The notes beneath the pieces were generated by a model, which worked only from the letters and a program-made list of their open reading frames with translations, was not told the origin of the DNA and ran no database searches. From assembly GCF_036321535.1 (NCBI RefSeq), contig NC_087437.1, positions 40,364,001-40,428,000 on the forward strand: 64,000 nt of DNA. The letters run 5' to 3'. The translations under genes were made by a program, and so were the position numbers. This document shows positions 24,846-39,556 of the stretch, piece by piece; the first letter of the stretch is position 1; each line of letters opens with the position of its first letter. The stretch is from Camelus dromedarius (taxonomy: Eukaryota).

Positions 24846-27800
24846 ACAGTATATCAAATTGATTACATAACCATAAAGAGGAAAAAGAACTAATTCAGGT
24901 AACTTTTTAACACAATACTCAGACTCTATACCCATAGTAGGGATATAGTCAAGGGGAAAAGGTGTGGGAAAAAAGTTACACTTTATTTACATGGTTAATT
25001 GTTGGCAATGGTATCAGTGTAGTAACTTGGAAACTATTTAGTAAGTATTGTAGTTAGACCAAATAGGTCAACATCCTAATGTAACTGGGAACCAGCTTCT
25101 CACTATGGGAGAAGAGAAATAAAAATACATACTGAGATGAGGTGAGGAAGAATCCTGTGTTGTTAGCTTTGAATTGGAGGTTATCAGTATCGGCTCTTGA
25201 TTTAAAAAAAAGAAAAACATTCTAGCCCTGCCCACTAAAAGGGCCTAGACACAGACACCCCAGTAGTAACGGGCACACTCTGTGCCCAGGTTTTGCTTCT
25301 TAAACGCTTTTTTTTTTTTTTTTTTTTTTTTAACTACAAGGAACTAGGGTTCCTACAAAGAAGTAACTCTGGGTCTGCAGAAGTACAAGATGCCAGAAAG
25401 TAAACAAGTGGCTTATGACTGACTGGACATGTCAAGAGGACAGAGTTCCAGGCTGAAGGAACTCTGATAGGATGAATGTGGGAAAATTCAGCTATTCAGA
25501 GGAACAGTGGTGGCAGTGGATTATAGCATACTGAATAAAAACAAACCCATGAATCCCTAATACATTTTGAGGGAAAAAAATTGTCAGCTGGTAAAAACAG
25601 AATGAATCATTGAATTATAAAAAAACACTAAGTTGCAGTTCCCATTATGATGATTGATTCAGGCCATGGATACTGAAACTATTCGTTGAGACTTTGCTGG
25701 GGAGCAGCATCGTCTGGCAGCCTCAAGGTATGACCCTAGAGATTGCTTACTGATTACAAAAGGGAGAAGGCACCCCTACAATAGAGAAATGTGGCACGCA
25801 CCTCCTTAATCAAGATGATTGGCCTAGAGTCTGCAAAAATGTCTATCATGAAGGATCAAAAAGAACAAATGGCAGGGAACTATTCTAAATTAAAGTAGAA
25901 TGAAATGATGTGACAAGTGAAAGTAATGTGTTATCCTTGATTGGATCTCAGATTTTTTTTTAAGCTACAAAGGACAATATTAGGACAATTGGGGAGATTT
26001 TAATATGAACTGTGTATTAGATAGTATTATTATGTTACTAATTAATTTCCTGAGTAAAATAATGGTATTGTAGTTATTTAGAAAAATAGCTATCCAGTCA
26101 TAAAATCAAAAATCATTGTAGGAAAAATGAGAAAATATAGGGCTAACCTGTATAGGAATAACCTAGGAAAACCATTTTTAAAATTTGGTATATTTTCATC
26201 CAGTCTACATATTTTAAACAAAATTGAATTGTACTGTACATGTTTTTTTATATTGCTTCTTTCTGTTCCATATTATTGACAGTTCTCCATTGTATTAAAT
26301 AGTTCTCAAAGACATTATTTTAAGTGGTTATATAATATCTCTGTAGGTTTTCTTAATTTTGAATGTATTTTTTTGAGCTTTATTACCATATTTCATCCAG
26401 TCTAACCTTCCATCAGTTGTAAGACGTCATTATTTTATATATCACTAAAAAGGGAAATATCCTGCCAAATTATGATGCAGTATTTTTTTTACTTAGAATG
26501 GTTATCTTTATTGAAAGAGCTCCTTTAGACTTATTTAGCCAGTTTTTTTTGTCATACCTTTTTTGTATATGCATAATTAGAAAGGTATAAAGAAGTAAAT
26601 TGGTTAAGGTCTTCCTTGAACTTCACGTTGAATGTCCAGCTTTTCTGAATTACATGTTAGTTTAGCCTTCAGAATCTGTTTTTCCCCACAGTATCACCCT
26701 CTGTGCTATGAAAAGCATTGGGTGGTACAGCATTTAGGAGTGCTCCACTCTTTGAATTTTACACCTTAAATGGATGAACTGTATGGTATGTGAATTATAT
26801 CCCAGTAAAGCTGTTTAAAACAAAAAGTTCCATTATTAGGTCTGGGATTTTCTTCCAAGCCAAAAATTCTGATGCTTCCTGATCTTACCAGAAGGTGTCA
26901 ATAGAAATTTTCAAACAGCAACCAAGGACTCTTCAAGTGGTCTTTAAATGGTAGTTGACCAAAACATATCTGCGCAGTCAAGCCACCAGGAAAAACCACT
27001 GAGTTCACTCCCACATGGGCAGTGATAAGCCGTATCTGGCTAACAGTGATTGTATGATGCCATCAGCATCCTGACTGAAGAGACATACCAAATGTTGGGG
27101 AGCAGTGTGTCCTAAAGTGTTGAAATACAGACTCTTGTTTTAAAATAAAATTTAAAAAAATTTTTATTTAAATATAATTTTAATTTTTCCTAAGTAACAA
27201 AGGTAGACAACTCAAGGGATTATCTAGTTGGGTCACAAGGGTTATTCCAGGAGGGGGAAAAATTTTTTTTCTACCTACTCCCCACAGGCAACTTCAGCTC
27301 TTTGAGCTGATGGATTTACCTCTATCTCTGGTAACAGGCTTCTAATAACGGTTTTCACTTTAATCCTCACCTGTCAACTTCCTAAAAGGAAAATGATTAT
27401 CTAGGTGCTTCCACCTTGATCCTTGCTGGCAAGACCCACTCCACCACCACCATACCCACGAACCCTCTCCAGACCTGGCCTATCAATGTAACTGTTACAG
27501 TTAGGCTTAGATCAGTTGCATTCACAGTGTTGTGTAATTATGACCACAAAAACTATCCACAGCTAACCAATGTCGATTATTACATTTCCTTTCTAAACAA
27601 CTTTTTTGTTTTCCTTTGAGTGGTCTTTTTTCTTTTTTGTTTCTTTATATTTAATACTAATTCAGCCGCAAACTCTTCTTTATTCTGTAAATCTCTTTAA
27701 GTACACTCAGAGGTATCTGGAATTTCCGTCTCCCTGTAGAAACTTCCCCCAAAGCCATATGCGCTACTCTGATTTAGATTGTGTGCTCTGCCCCTGGGTG

Positions 27801-29386
27801 GACAGTCTTCTCCCACTGGGGCTCCTTCTTCCTGTCTTCTCATCCCATTTCCTGGATCCCACGTCTGTCTTTTTCTTAGTTTATTCCCTCCGTTTGATGA
27901 AACGTGCCTTCCGTTGGCTTCCTCAGACCTTTGTGTAATGCAGATATTTTTGAGACGTCACATATCTAAAAGTGGCTTTGTTTTATATCTATACTTAATT
28001 AACTTTAAATTAATTGATCTAATTTGGCTTGGTATAGAATTCTACATTGGAAATTAATTTTTCTCATTAAAGACTTAAAAGCTTTTTAAAGTAAACCAAA
28101 TACTTAAATAGTTCATATAGTAAAGAGCTATACCTATTTGGAGATAACTTTTTTACTTTTTCCCTTATTCAGTGTATTTAATTTTTTGAATACTTAATAC
28201 ATTGACATGGTTAGGAGAATTTTAATAGTAGGAAAAGGGTATTGAAGTCTCCATCCCATGCATGACCCCACTTGCCAAGTTCCTACATGTGTAACAGTTG
28301 TTTCTAACTTCTTCAGTGTCTTTCCATGGTTTCTTTATGCATATATGGAACATTTTTGACAATGTATCTTTTTTCTCACGGCCTTTACATGAATGGTGAT
28401 GTGTTCTATGCACTGTTCTGTATCTTTTTTCTTTGACAATGTGTCTCAGACATGTCCACATCAGTACTTGGAGTTTCCTCATTTTTAACAGATAACTAAC
28501 TGCATAGTATTGCATTGGATGGATGTGTCATAATTTATTTCACTGTTGCCATATTGACCGATGTTTAGATTGTTTCCATTTCTTTGTTGTTATAAAGTGC
28601 CTCCATGAATAATCTTACAAATACTTCATTTTTCATGCATGCAAGTCAATCTATGGGATAAATCCTTAGGAGTGGAAGTGTTGACTCAAAGGACATATAT
28701 GTAAGTTTGCGATTTTGATAGACATTGTCAAATTGCTTTTCCTGCCTCACAGATACGCTCTACTGACGAATTTGGGGGTCGCCTATCTTTTAAGAGGCAA
28801 ATGTTATACGTTTAAACTTCTGGTTTTCTTTTTACGAGTGATGCTGACCATCTTCTCATATATTTAATAGCCCATTTTCCCTTTTTGTGAATTGTCTCTT
28901 CATATTTTGTTCATTTTACTGTGTTACTCTTGGGCTTTTGATCTTTTTCCTGTTTGATTTCTAAGAGGTTTTTTATAGGGAGATTAATATTTTGTACTGT
29001 TTTTTTCCCCCAGTTTGTTGTTTTCTTTTGATTTCACATATGGTTTTTATGCCAGGAAGTGCTGTTATTTGGTTGAACTTCACAGTTTCTTAGAGTTAAA
29101 GGTATCTTTGGGTTCTAGTGATGCTGAGGAGCCTGACCCCATGCTGATTATACACACACACGTATACATCAAAAATACATAGCTTAATGAATTATTGCAA
29201 GGTGGACACAGTGGTTAACTACCACTCAGAAAAAGAGCTAGACTGCTGCTCCGCAAGTCCCTTCCCCCAGATAACTTGAGTCCGAGTAATCTCTCTCTCT
29301 CATTTCTAAAAATAGTTTTACCACCCAAGTGTGTAGCCCTGGGGACTTTAGTTAAGTCTTACCCTTTCTTTAAAAAGTACTTGAAG

Positions 29387-29540
29387 AGGGAGGGGATAGC
29401 GCAGTGCTAGAGTGCGTGCTTAGTATGCACGAAGTTCTGGGTTCAGTCCCCAGTACTTCTGTTTAAATAAATAAATAAACCTAATTGCTTGCCCCTCCCC
29501 AAAAAAACAAACAAAAAAATAGTTTTTAATCTCCCCCCAC
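29387..29540 (+). mobile_element. tRNA-Ala-derived SINE
   Basis: tRNA head; TSD aaaaagtacttgaag / aaaaagtatttgagg. Confidence 0.88.
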
Positions 29541-29727
29541 AAAAAGTATTTGAGGTGTCTTTTAAGTCTTTTAATCCATAGATCACTTCTCCATTCCTCT
29601 ATTCAAAAACTGGACCACTGGACCTTTAGTTTTCCATGAAGACCTTTGCTGACTGCACACTCATGGTGAAACTCGTTGTGTCCTGCGCTCCTCTGTATTT
29701 ATTTCCTTGTTTAAAAATAGATTTATC

Positions 29728-29844
29728 GGAGGGAGGGTACAGCACAGTGGTAGAGCGCATGCTTAGCATGCACAAAGTCATGGGTTCGATCCCCAGTACC
29801 TCTGTTAAATAAAAAAAAATGATAATAAATATTACTTTCCCCCT
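29728..29844 (+). mobile_element. tRNA-Ala-derived SINE
   Basis: GGGAGGGTACAGCACAGTGGTAGAGCGCATGCTTAGCATGCAC..GGTTCGATCCCCAGTACCTC; flanking aaaatagat repeat. Confidence 0.88.
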
Positions 29845-32838
29845 AAAATAGATAAAAAGTTTTATTGAAGTGTAGTTGACATACAGTAAACCACATATAT
29901 TTAATGTGTACACTGTGATACCTTTTGCCGCATCTACACCCATGAACACACCATCACCATCAGGATAGTGAATACATTTATTACCCCTAAAGTTCCTTGT
30001 GCCCCTTTGTAATTTCTCCCTCCTCTCCTCCCTATCTCCTCCACAACTAAGGATCTGCTTTCTGTCATTCTAGGTGAGTTCATATTTTCTAAGATTTTAT
30101 GTAAGTGGAATCATGCAGCATTCATTGTTTTTTTGCCCAGCCCCTCTTACTCAGTGTAATAATTTTGAGGTTCTGTGTTGTTACATGTATTGATAGTCCT
30201 TCCTTTTTATTGCTGAGTAGTGTTCCATTGCATGGATATACCACTGTTTTGTTTATCCATTCACTCATTGATAGAAATCTGGATTGTTTCCAATTTGGTG
30301 TCCTCTGCATTTCTTGCAAATTGGCAATTGGATCCAGAGATTTGATCAGACTCAGATTCAGCCTGTGGGAGGCACAAAATGTCTGGTTTCTCTCCTGTTA
30401 TGATGATGGCAGTAGGTGCTTAATGCCTACATCTGTTAATTCAGGAGTGGAATTCTAAGTCTACAATGTATTTTTCATTTGTAATTTGGCACACTCTTTG
30501 AAGAGATGCTTCCCCTCCTTACTGCGTGGTTACCCAGTGGTATGTCTCATATGAGGCATGGTAAGTGTTTTATTCTTTCCCTTAATTTACCTGTTTTCAT
30601 TATATCCATTCCAAGTCTCTTAATTCTTTATATAAAACCTGTTTTGGGTCTTTTTTCCTCTTGGGAAACTGGTCATCTCTTTGTTATCTTTGTTTAGAAA
30701 TCTCTGACATGCCTCAGTATGAGTCTGTTTTCTTCCATCAAGGTGGAAGGTTTTCAGTCTTAAAAAACCTTCAGTTCTAGACAATATTATAGCCTTTTCT
30801 TCCTTGATTTCTTTCTCTCCCGTTCTTCTTCTGTGACTCCCATTATTCAGATTTTGTACCTGCTTGATTGGTTCTCTATTTTCTTATCTTCTTGTTCTGC
30901 ATTTTCTGGGAAATTTCCTGAACTTTATATTCTCACTCTTCGGTTCAGCTTAACATTTCTGCGAAAAATACTTTTATTTTGCCAGAGTGATTTCTTATTT
31001 TCTGTGTTCTTTTAAAAAGCCTCCTATTCTTGTTTCATGGATGCAGTATATTCTTCCTGAAAACAGTGGAACTTCTAAATAATGTTTTTTTCTAGCATTG
31101 TGTCTCTTCCAAGTTTTCTTTTTAATTTTTGTGGTTTTGACTTTTTATAGTAGAGATTTTCTTCCAATGTCTGGGAATCTTTGGGCATCTAGTCATACTT
31201 CTAAACAGGGTGTTATCCAGAATGTTTCATTAGGAAAGACTCAATGTCTTTAGATATTTCTTCTGGTCTGACCCCTAGAGAAGGATTTTTGAATTTCTAT
31301 GTTTTGTAATAATGGTATTCCTGAAACCCAAGTGGGGAAAAGAAGGCTGGAGAGGTCTCCATTTTTAATATGTGAGTTTTTACTCCATCTCTGTTTTCAG
31401 CATGGTACCCCTCCATCCTCAACTCTTGCCACAGTTTAGAGACTGTTTTACCCTTGCCGGAGGACGAGATCTCCATCCTTATTTCCTAGCTGGGGAGAGG
31501 CAGTCACCTGTTGCATTGAGCTGGGGAGGGGATCTGGAATCTGTTTCATTTGCAACCAATCCTCCTGTTTTTATCCCCATCTTTTTTTGCATCCCTTTCA
31601 GAGTTACCTGAACCAACAATTCCTGAGCCTTTTGAGGGCCCTGAGGTGTAAAGTAGGTTGAGGCTGTGCTTTCTGCATTGCTGGCATCCTTTAGTCTATT
31701 ATCAGTATATATGATTCATCTGAAGATTCTACTAAAAACGTAGATTTGAGAGGTCCAAGTTGAGCCTGAGATTTGGTGTTTATAATAAGCTCGGAGGTGA
31801 TGCTTATGCTCCTGCTCCTGTCTTCTTGGAAAAAGAGCAGCAGCTTCATTGGAGGTTGTGTCATAATTTATGTAGCCAACTTCCTATTGTTGGATATTTA
31901 AATTAATTCCAGGTTTTTACTTTTAAATTCAGTACTGTGAGATTAACAGCCTTAAAATAAATTAATATAACACACTCGTTTTCCATATTCACTTTGAATT
32001 TTGAAAAATGTATACTTTTATTGAACCACCACCCCAGTCCAAACATAGAACATTTTCATCTCTGCAAAAAGTTCCCCAGTGCCTCTGCCCCAACCTGGCC
32101 CTAGGTTTCTGGCCCTCAGATTAGTTCTGCTGTTCTAGAATTCCATACAACTGGAATCATACAGCCTGCATTCTGTGTGTCAGGTTGTTTTTGTTCAGCG
32201 TGTTTTCGAGACTTGTCCCTGTGTAGCAGGTACCTTATTCCTCTTTATTGCTGAGAAGTATTCCACTGTATGGGTAGACGACAGTTTATTTATCCATCCT
32301 CCTATTGAATACATGGCGTTTGGAGCCATGGCGAATCAAACTGCTCTATGTATTTGTGTATAAGTCTTTTTGTGGACATGTGTTTTCATTTCTCTTGGGT
32401 AAACACCTAGGGGTAGGACTCCTGGATGCAAGGGTCATTGAATGTTTAACCTCCAGGCCGTTAAGCAGCGTCTGAGAGGTCTCGTTGTTCTACTTCCTTG
32501 TCAACACATGTGTTGTCAGTCTTTCACATTTTAGCCACTCCAGTGGGTATGCAGCAGTATCTCATTGTGGTTTCCATTTCCCCGATGTGTCTGTTCAAAT
32601 CTTTTGCCCATTTTTCTAGTGGGCTAATTGTCTTACTGAGCTGTAAGAATCCGTTCATATTCTGAGTCCAGGTCACTGGTCAGATATTTATTGTATTTTC
32701 TCCCCATCTGTAGCTTGCCTTTTCGTTTTCTTAACTATGCTTTCAAAGAGAGGTATCTTTTTCTTTTTAAATAAAGCCCAGTTTATCAATTTGTGTATGT
32801 GCATGAGCACATGTGCATGTCCTAAGAAAGCTATGCCC

Positions 32839-34028
32839 ACTTACAGTGGGTGACTAATGTCCCCCCCAAATTCTTGTCCACCTGGAATGTGACTTTATTT
32901 GGAAATAGGCCTTTGCAGATGTAATTAAGGTAAGGTCTTACCGAATTAGAGTGGGCCCTAAATCTAGTGACCAGTGTTCCTACAAAAAGAGAAAAGAACA
33001 CACACAAGGGAGAAGGCTGTGTAAAGATGGAGGCAGAGATAGGTGCTACCTTCTTACAAGCCAAGGGATGCCAGGAGCCACCAGAAGCTGGAAGAGGCAA
33101 GGAAAGATGCTTCTCTAGAGCTTTCAAAGGGAGAATGGCTCACAAAAGATAAATGTTGGGGAGGGTGTGGAGAAAAGGGAAAGCTCCCACACTGTTGGTG
33201 GGAATGTAATTTGGTGTAGCCACTTTTGAGGACTGTATGGAGATTTCCTGAAACAACTAAAAACAGACTTACCATATGATCCAAAAATCCCACTCCTGGG
33301 CATCTATCCAGAGAAAACTCTAATTTGAAAAGATACAAGCACCTCAATGTTCACAGCAGCACTATTTACAATAGCTAAGACACAGAAGCATCCTAAATGT
33401 CCATCCTGGACAGCAGACTGGATAAAGAAGATGTGATGTATATATATATATACAATGGAATACTAGTCATTCATAAAAAAGAAAGAAATATCATTTGCAG
33501 CAACATGGATGGACCTAGAGATGATCATACTAAGTGAAGTAAGTCAGAAAGGCAAATATCACATGATATTACTTAAATGTGGAATCTAAAAATATTGCAC
33601 AAATGTAGTTATTTATAAAACAGACTCACAGACATAGAAAACAAACTTATAGTTACCAAAGGGGGAAAGGGGTGGGAAGGATAAATTAGGAGTTTGGGAT
33701 TAGCAGATACAAACTACTATATACAAAATAGATAAATAAGGTCCTACTGTATAGCACAGGGAACTATATTCAATATCTTGTAATAACCTATAATAAAAAT
33801 AACATGTGTGTAACTAAATCACTATGCTGTACACATGGAAGTAACACAACATTGTAAATCAACTGTTATTTCTATTAAAGAATAAAAACGAAAACAAAAA
33901 AAAGGGGAGCATGGCTCTGCTGGCACCTTGACTTCAGACTTCTGGTCTCCAGAACTGTGAGAAAATAAATTTGTTATTTTGAGCCACCGAATGGTAATTT
34001 GTTCTGGCAGCCCTAGGAAATGGATACA
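32839..34028 (+). mobile_element. MLT1 (MaLR) LTR containing an L1 insertion
   Basis: MLT1 motifs (TTATTTGGAAATAGG..TTTGCAGATGTAATTAAG; CCAGAAGCTGGAAGAGGCAAGGAA; CCAGAACTGTGAGAAAATAAA; GCAGCCCTAGGAAA..ACA) and a degenerate 5-bp TSD tgccc/tgcac. Confidence 0.82.
33142..33901 (+). mobile_element. L1 3' end inserted into MLT1
   Basis: L1 ORF2 C-terminal and 3'UTR sequence, A-tail, TSD aagggagaatggctc / aaggggagcatggctc. Confidence 0.88.
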
Positions 34029-37000
34029 TGCACCTAGGATCATAAAGATTTTCTCCTGTTGGCTTCTGAAAACTTCAGTTTCACTTCTACATTTTAGTCT
34101 TATAATCCATTTTGAGTTTATTTTTGTGTATGGTTTGAGGTAAGGGTTAAGGTTAATTTTTCCCACATGGATATCCACTTTCTAGCACTATTTTTAGAGA
34201 AGACTATCCTTTGCCCCATTGAATTACCTTGCACTTTTGTTTAAAATCAATTGGCCATAAGTGGGTGGATCTGCTTCTATATTCTCTTCTGTTCCATTGA
34301 TTTATAGGACTGTCCTTATGCTAATACTTATTTTATTTCTGTACTTTTTATAGCAAGTCTTAAAATCAAGTAGTGTAAGTTCACCAACTCTGTTGTTCTT
34401 AAAAATTATTTTGGCTCTGCCAAATTTACATTCCCCTATAAATTGTAGAATCAGCTTGCCAATTTCCACAAAAAACTTGCTGAGTCTTACAGTCCCTTGT
34501 ATGTCTTCATTAATTTAGACTTCTTTAATTTCCTTCTACAATGTTATAAATTTTCAGAATGCTTGCATGTGCTTTCTCAAATGTATCCCTAAGCGTCTCA
34601 TACTTTTGATGCTGTGACATGCTATTTCATTTTCCAGTTATTTGTCATTGGTATATAGAAATACAGTTTTTAAAAAATTAACCTTTAACGTGGCCAAATT
34701 CACTGGTTACTTTTAATAGCTTTTATTGCACACTTTCAAAGCACATGATCATGTCACACGCATGATTAGACTCTTCTTTCCAGTTTACTTGCCTTTTATT
34801 TCTTGTTAATGCCTTACTGCGCTGGCTAGGACCTCTAATAAAATGTTTAGGAGCACTGGAGGGTGAACATCCTTGTATTTGTCCTGATTTTAGGGGGTAA
34901 GTGGCCACTCCTTCATCGGCATGAGGTTAGATGCAGGTTTTTCATGGATGCTTTCTATCTGGTTGGGAAATTCCCTTCTGTTTTTTTGTTTCTGTGAATT
35001 TTTTTAAAAATCACGTTGGATTTTGTTAAATGTTTTTTCTACATCTGTTCAGATGATCATATAGTTTTTCTCTTTTATTCTGTTAACCTGATGAATTACA
35101 TTGATTTTCTAATGTTAAACCAAGCTTGCATTAGCTGTGATGTATTAGGATATATTATTCCTTTTATATATTAATGGATTTAATTTCACATATTTTTGTT
35201 AAGGATTTTTGCCTCTGTGTTCTTGAGGGATGTTGTTTTACAATTTTTTTTTGAAATGTCTTTGGTTTGGTTATAAGGGTAATTCTGGTCTTGAACAATG
35301 AACTGGAAAGTGTTTCTTCTGTTCTCCTTAAATTTGGTATCTCTTCCCTAAGTGTCTGGTAGAATTCATCAATGAAGACATCTGAACCTAGCCTACCATT
35401 TTCTTTGTGGAAAGGTTTTTAAGTATAAAATCAGTCTCTTTAATAGGGATTTTTAGGGATCTTTTTGAATGAGTTTTGGTAGTCAGTGTCTTTCCAGAAA
35501 TTTTTGTTTAATCACAGTTGTCTCATTTATTGGAATAAAATTATTCGTAATAGTCCCCTATTATCTTTTTAATATTTGTAGGGTCTGTAGTGAGGTTTCT
35601 CATTCCTAATTTTGGTAAGTTCTTTCTCAGTTTGGTTGGAGGTTTACAATTTGATTGGGTTTGTTTTTTTTTTTCCCAAAGAACCAACTTTTGGTTCATT
35701 ATTTTTGTTTTAAAATTTTCATTGTTTTCTACTCTTTATTATACGCTTCTTTTAGCATACTTTGGGTATAATACACTCTTCTTTTTCTTAAGGTGGAAAC
35801 TTAGGTCACTGAATCAAGACCTTCTTTTCCAATATAAGTAAATATAAGAATATCAGAACACAATGAAAAAGCAATTAATGTAGTATAAATTAAAACTGAA
35901 TTTTGCTTTTGCTTTTTTTAATATATGTATTTGCATGGTTGCTTTTCAAAGTTTTTTCTACTATAGCTTTTATAAATTCTAATATAATACATGCTGTGAA
36001 AGAAATGTTAACGGATGTACAGTAAATTATAAGGAATTGTGTATGTCATGATAGACCGTAACATATAACCACAGAATCGTTGCAGCTTGATACAGCAAAC
36101 TTTCATTTCTTGCTTACACTGTACATCCATCCTGAGTCATCAGGGGCGTTGCTCCACTGCTCCACAGTCACTCAGGGGCCTAGGTTGACAAGAGATTCCA
36201 CTACCTTGAACTGTACCTTCTGGATGGAGCACATGGCCTCTACGTTCCCTGTGGCAGGGGAAGAGAACACTGAAGGGGCTCTCATCTGTAATTAAATGCT
36301 TTGTCCTCATAGCCCTTCAGCCAAAAATAGCCACATGGGCCTACCTCACTGTAAAGGTCAAAGAACTAAAATCTTCCATTGGGCCTAGAAGCAGAGGAGG
36401 AGTAGCTGTGAGTGAGCATAATTCTGTACCTCAGGAAAAAAATTAAAAATCACCTACTTTTAGATAATTGCTATATCTGTCTTCCTGCCTGGCCCCACTG
36501 ACCTCTATGGCCAACCTTACGTTTGGGTTGGTGGAAACTCCCTATGGTCTGACCAATCATTGATTCCTATTTTGTTGTATTCTATCCTTGCAACTATTAC
36601 CTGATTTTATTAGTATATAAGGGAGACCTGGGAAAGGGCAGATCAAGAATCCCTTGCTAGTTCTTAACAACATCGAATTAAAAAAAAATTTTTTTAAACC
36701 TTGTTTTAGAATATCTGAAAAATCTGTAAGATCTGGTAACAGTGGTTTTATCTATGGAAGGAAACTGGACTTGGATAGTGATGAGTAGGGGTGAGGGGTG
36801 TTGAAAGAGTGGGTGGGTAAATAATTTTCACTGTATATACTTCTGTAACTTGAATTTATACAATATAAATTATATTACCTATTTTAAAATTAAAAACCTG
36901 TTTTCTGTATTTTAATTTCCTATACTGAATCAATTATACTTTGTAAATGAACAAAACATGTTTCTTTAAAGGCTGTCAGAGTTGAATGACATTTTTTTCC

Positions 37001-38153
37001 ACTGAATTTTGACCTACCATGAAGCAAGTATCACATTTTGAAATTTTTATTTATATTTACATTTTGGAGGAATAAAATCATTTACCCAAATAGATCAGTT
37101 ACTTAGTTATGATCCTTTGAGTACCAGCAATCACTCTTATTTGGAAAGCTCTTTCACATATATATTTATTGGGTCCCTTTCTACATTTCCAGTAGTGAGC
37201 TGAGCCATAATTGTGACTTACTGAAGACAGTAAGCTTTGAGATCAGACCTGAGGTTGAACTTCAGCTTCGGCACTTACCAGTCATGCATCCTAGGGAAAT
37301 GTGCTTGTTAACCCCCGAGCATTTCCTCATGGGGAAAAGTCCTATATACCTTTCATGATTGCTGTAAGGATTAGGTAAGAGGTATGTAAAACCCCTGGAC
37401 AAGGCTCAGTACATTATTTCTCCCATAGGCTCTCTCTGCTCAGGAAGTCCATTTACAGTGCTAATCTCATTTTCTGTGTTAACAGTGGACCAGAATGGTA
37501 ACTGTGTTCATCCCCTCTTCCCATTGTTTACTGCAGATGGTTTTGTTAAACTTTTCTGAGATTACGTAACACAACTATTTGATTGTAATAATGCTATGAA
37601 GTTACTTACCTTTTTTCACTCTTAAACTGTCATGAATGTACAGCGGGTTTTCCAAAAACTACATGATGTGTGATACCGCCACTGATTTTATGGAGAATTC
37701 ACCTGCTGTTGTGCCAGACACTAAAGCCACTTGTGAAGTGTAAAATAGTGCCACTCTGCTCATTTAGTTTTTTCTGTTTGGAGAAAATAAAGCAGTTTTT
37801 CACTTTAAAAAATGTTACTTATGTTAACATGCAACAAGTGTCAAAAAGTCCTGAAATGAAACAGTTTGAGAACTACCAGTTTAGACTCGGACCCTGTGGG
37901 TGGCAGTGTGAGCAGGATTTCTGTAAACAGATGCCATGGAATCTGCACCCGTATCTCAGGGTCGTTGGTGCTTTTCAAACTATGTATCCCCTTTCTTCCT
38001 CTTGCTGGAAAAAAGAATATAAGCAGTTAGTTACTGGCTCTAATCCCACAGAAAATTACAGTTTTCCTATGCAGAGATCAGGAAACAGTTACACTGAACT
38101 CAGGTCATTTAGATGGCTATTCATGATAGTGGTGTTTGTTTTCTGTCTCACAG

Positions 38154-38272
38154 AGCTTATTCCCATGGCATTCTGGTATGCCAGGAACCAAGAATAAAAT
38201 GATCAAAGGCTGTAAAGCTGACATAAAATAGGAAGCTCGTCAGACAAGAAAAGTCCTACTGGGGAAGGCAAA
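38154..38272 (+). other. GPR160: Candidate 5'UTR exon of GPR160
   Basis: Strong acceptor tttgttttctgtctcacag| and donor AAA|GTAAGT, in non-repetitive sequence ~3.2 kb upstream of the coding exon. Confidence 0.6.
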
Positions 38273-39556
38273 GTAAGTATGGTGTGTTGTTAAGGATCAA
38301 CTGGGTTATAAATGGAAAAGCAGAGAATGTCAGTGGAAAAAAATCATGGTTTGTTTCCTTCAGGCCCTGCTAATACTTCTAAACTGGCCAGATCACAGAG
38401 TAAGCTGCCTTGAAAAGGACTTCCACGTTAACTTAAGTTGTATACGGCACGTATGATTTAATTCATAAGTAGTTTAAAACATCACACAGGAAAAGGATCA
38501 TAGCTTAATAAATCTCTGACATCATCGTAGTTAAAGTGAACATTTTTCAAGGGACTATTTGGCCTATCAAAGGATTTCTGTCTCGTCCTGGGAGGCCTTT
38601 TAAAAAAATGAAATAGTGGAATTTTGAATACTTTTAGTGGTTTATGGGGGAAGTGGAGTATGAGATTGTTATCACCCAAGAAAGTTTTGATTGGCTTCCA
38701 TAATCATGGCGTTCAGGAACCACTGTAAAACAACCAGAACCTCATTTTCCGACATACTTCCTTTTGACTGCTTTTTATTGCCTCAATTTGTGTATCTTCC
38801 TTGGGCCTTACTTTTCTCATCTCTAAAGTTTTTCCCAGCTTTACAATTCTCTTATGTATTCCATTTCTTCTTTCTTCCAACCTTCTGAGGAGGTTCTGAA
38901 GAGGTTCGAGGTGGCTGTGGCTGATCGTCCTCCCCCTTCTCTCCTGACCTTCCCTAGTCCCTGGGAGACACTCAAGGGTTACTTCCCTCCTTCAGGGGCT
39001 AGCCTGCCGTCCTGGCCTTCCAGTCGGCTCCCCCTGGATAGTCAATGGTGAAATGGAAATTTGGGACACATCCCTTCGATGTCATCTACTTAAACACAAT
39101 TCCATAGCTTTACTTAATTTTGGATTGGAGTTACAAAGGATAAAATAATTTTATACTGATAATTCTTAATTTCTTTCATTCTAGACATAATTTTTTTAAA
39201 TAGGTCTTTATATATCAACTTCCCTACCCTCATTCTAAACCAACATTTTTCTATTTAAAACTAAGTCTGTTTTTTCCTTGGCACAAGGGAGGAGTTAACA
39301 TGGTTTTACCATTCCTTCTGGAATAGAACTTTTTGGGGGGAGAGGATAAAATATACAGTATATTGAATATAGGGGAAAAAACTGAGTGTACAAAAATAAC
39401 TTGTTTCATTTGTTCTTTTATACCTATAGTTATGAAAATAGGTATGGATGATTTTTTTATGGACTGTCTTTACATACACACATGTGTGAAAGCAAATACA
39501 TTATTTGTGTACCTTAATAATCTGAGCTAATGACATGGTAGATTTATGGCCATGTA

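Larger units (their letters stand above)
31950..35830 (-). mobile_element. Old L1 (L1M-type) fragment, interrupted by an MLT1 LTR
   Basis: Antisense ORF2/3'UTR-like sequence, e.g. the ORF remnant INLNPYLKPYTKINSKWI at ~34100-34160. Confidence 0.75.

Noticed and set aside
29728..29805. tRNA-Ala gene
   Set aside because: It has an extended G-rich 5' end, stem mismatches, an A-rich tail and flanking repeats. These mark it and its siblings as SINEs.
37670..38197. 175-aa ORF in the GPR160 intron
   Set aside because: Non-ATG start, no recognisable family, and it runs through the acceptor of a likely UTR exon.
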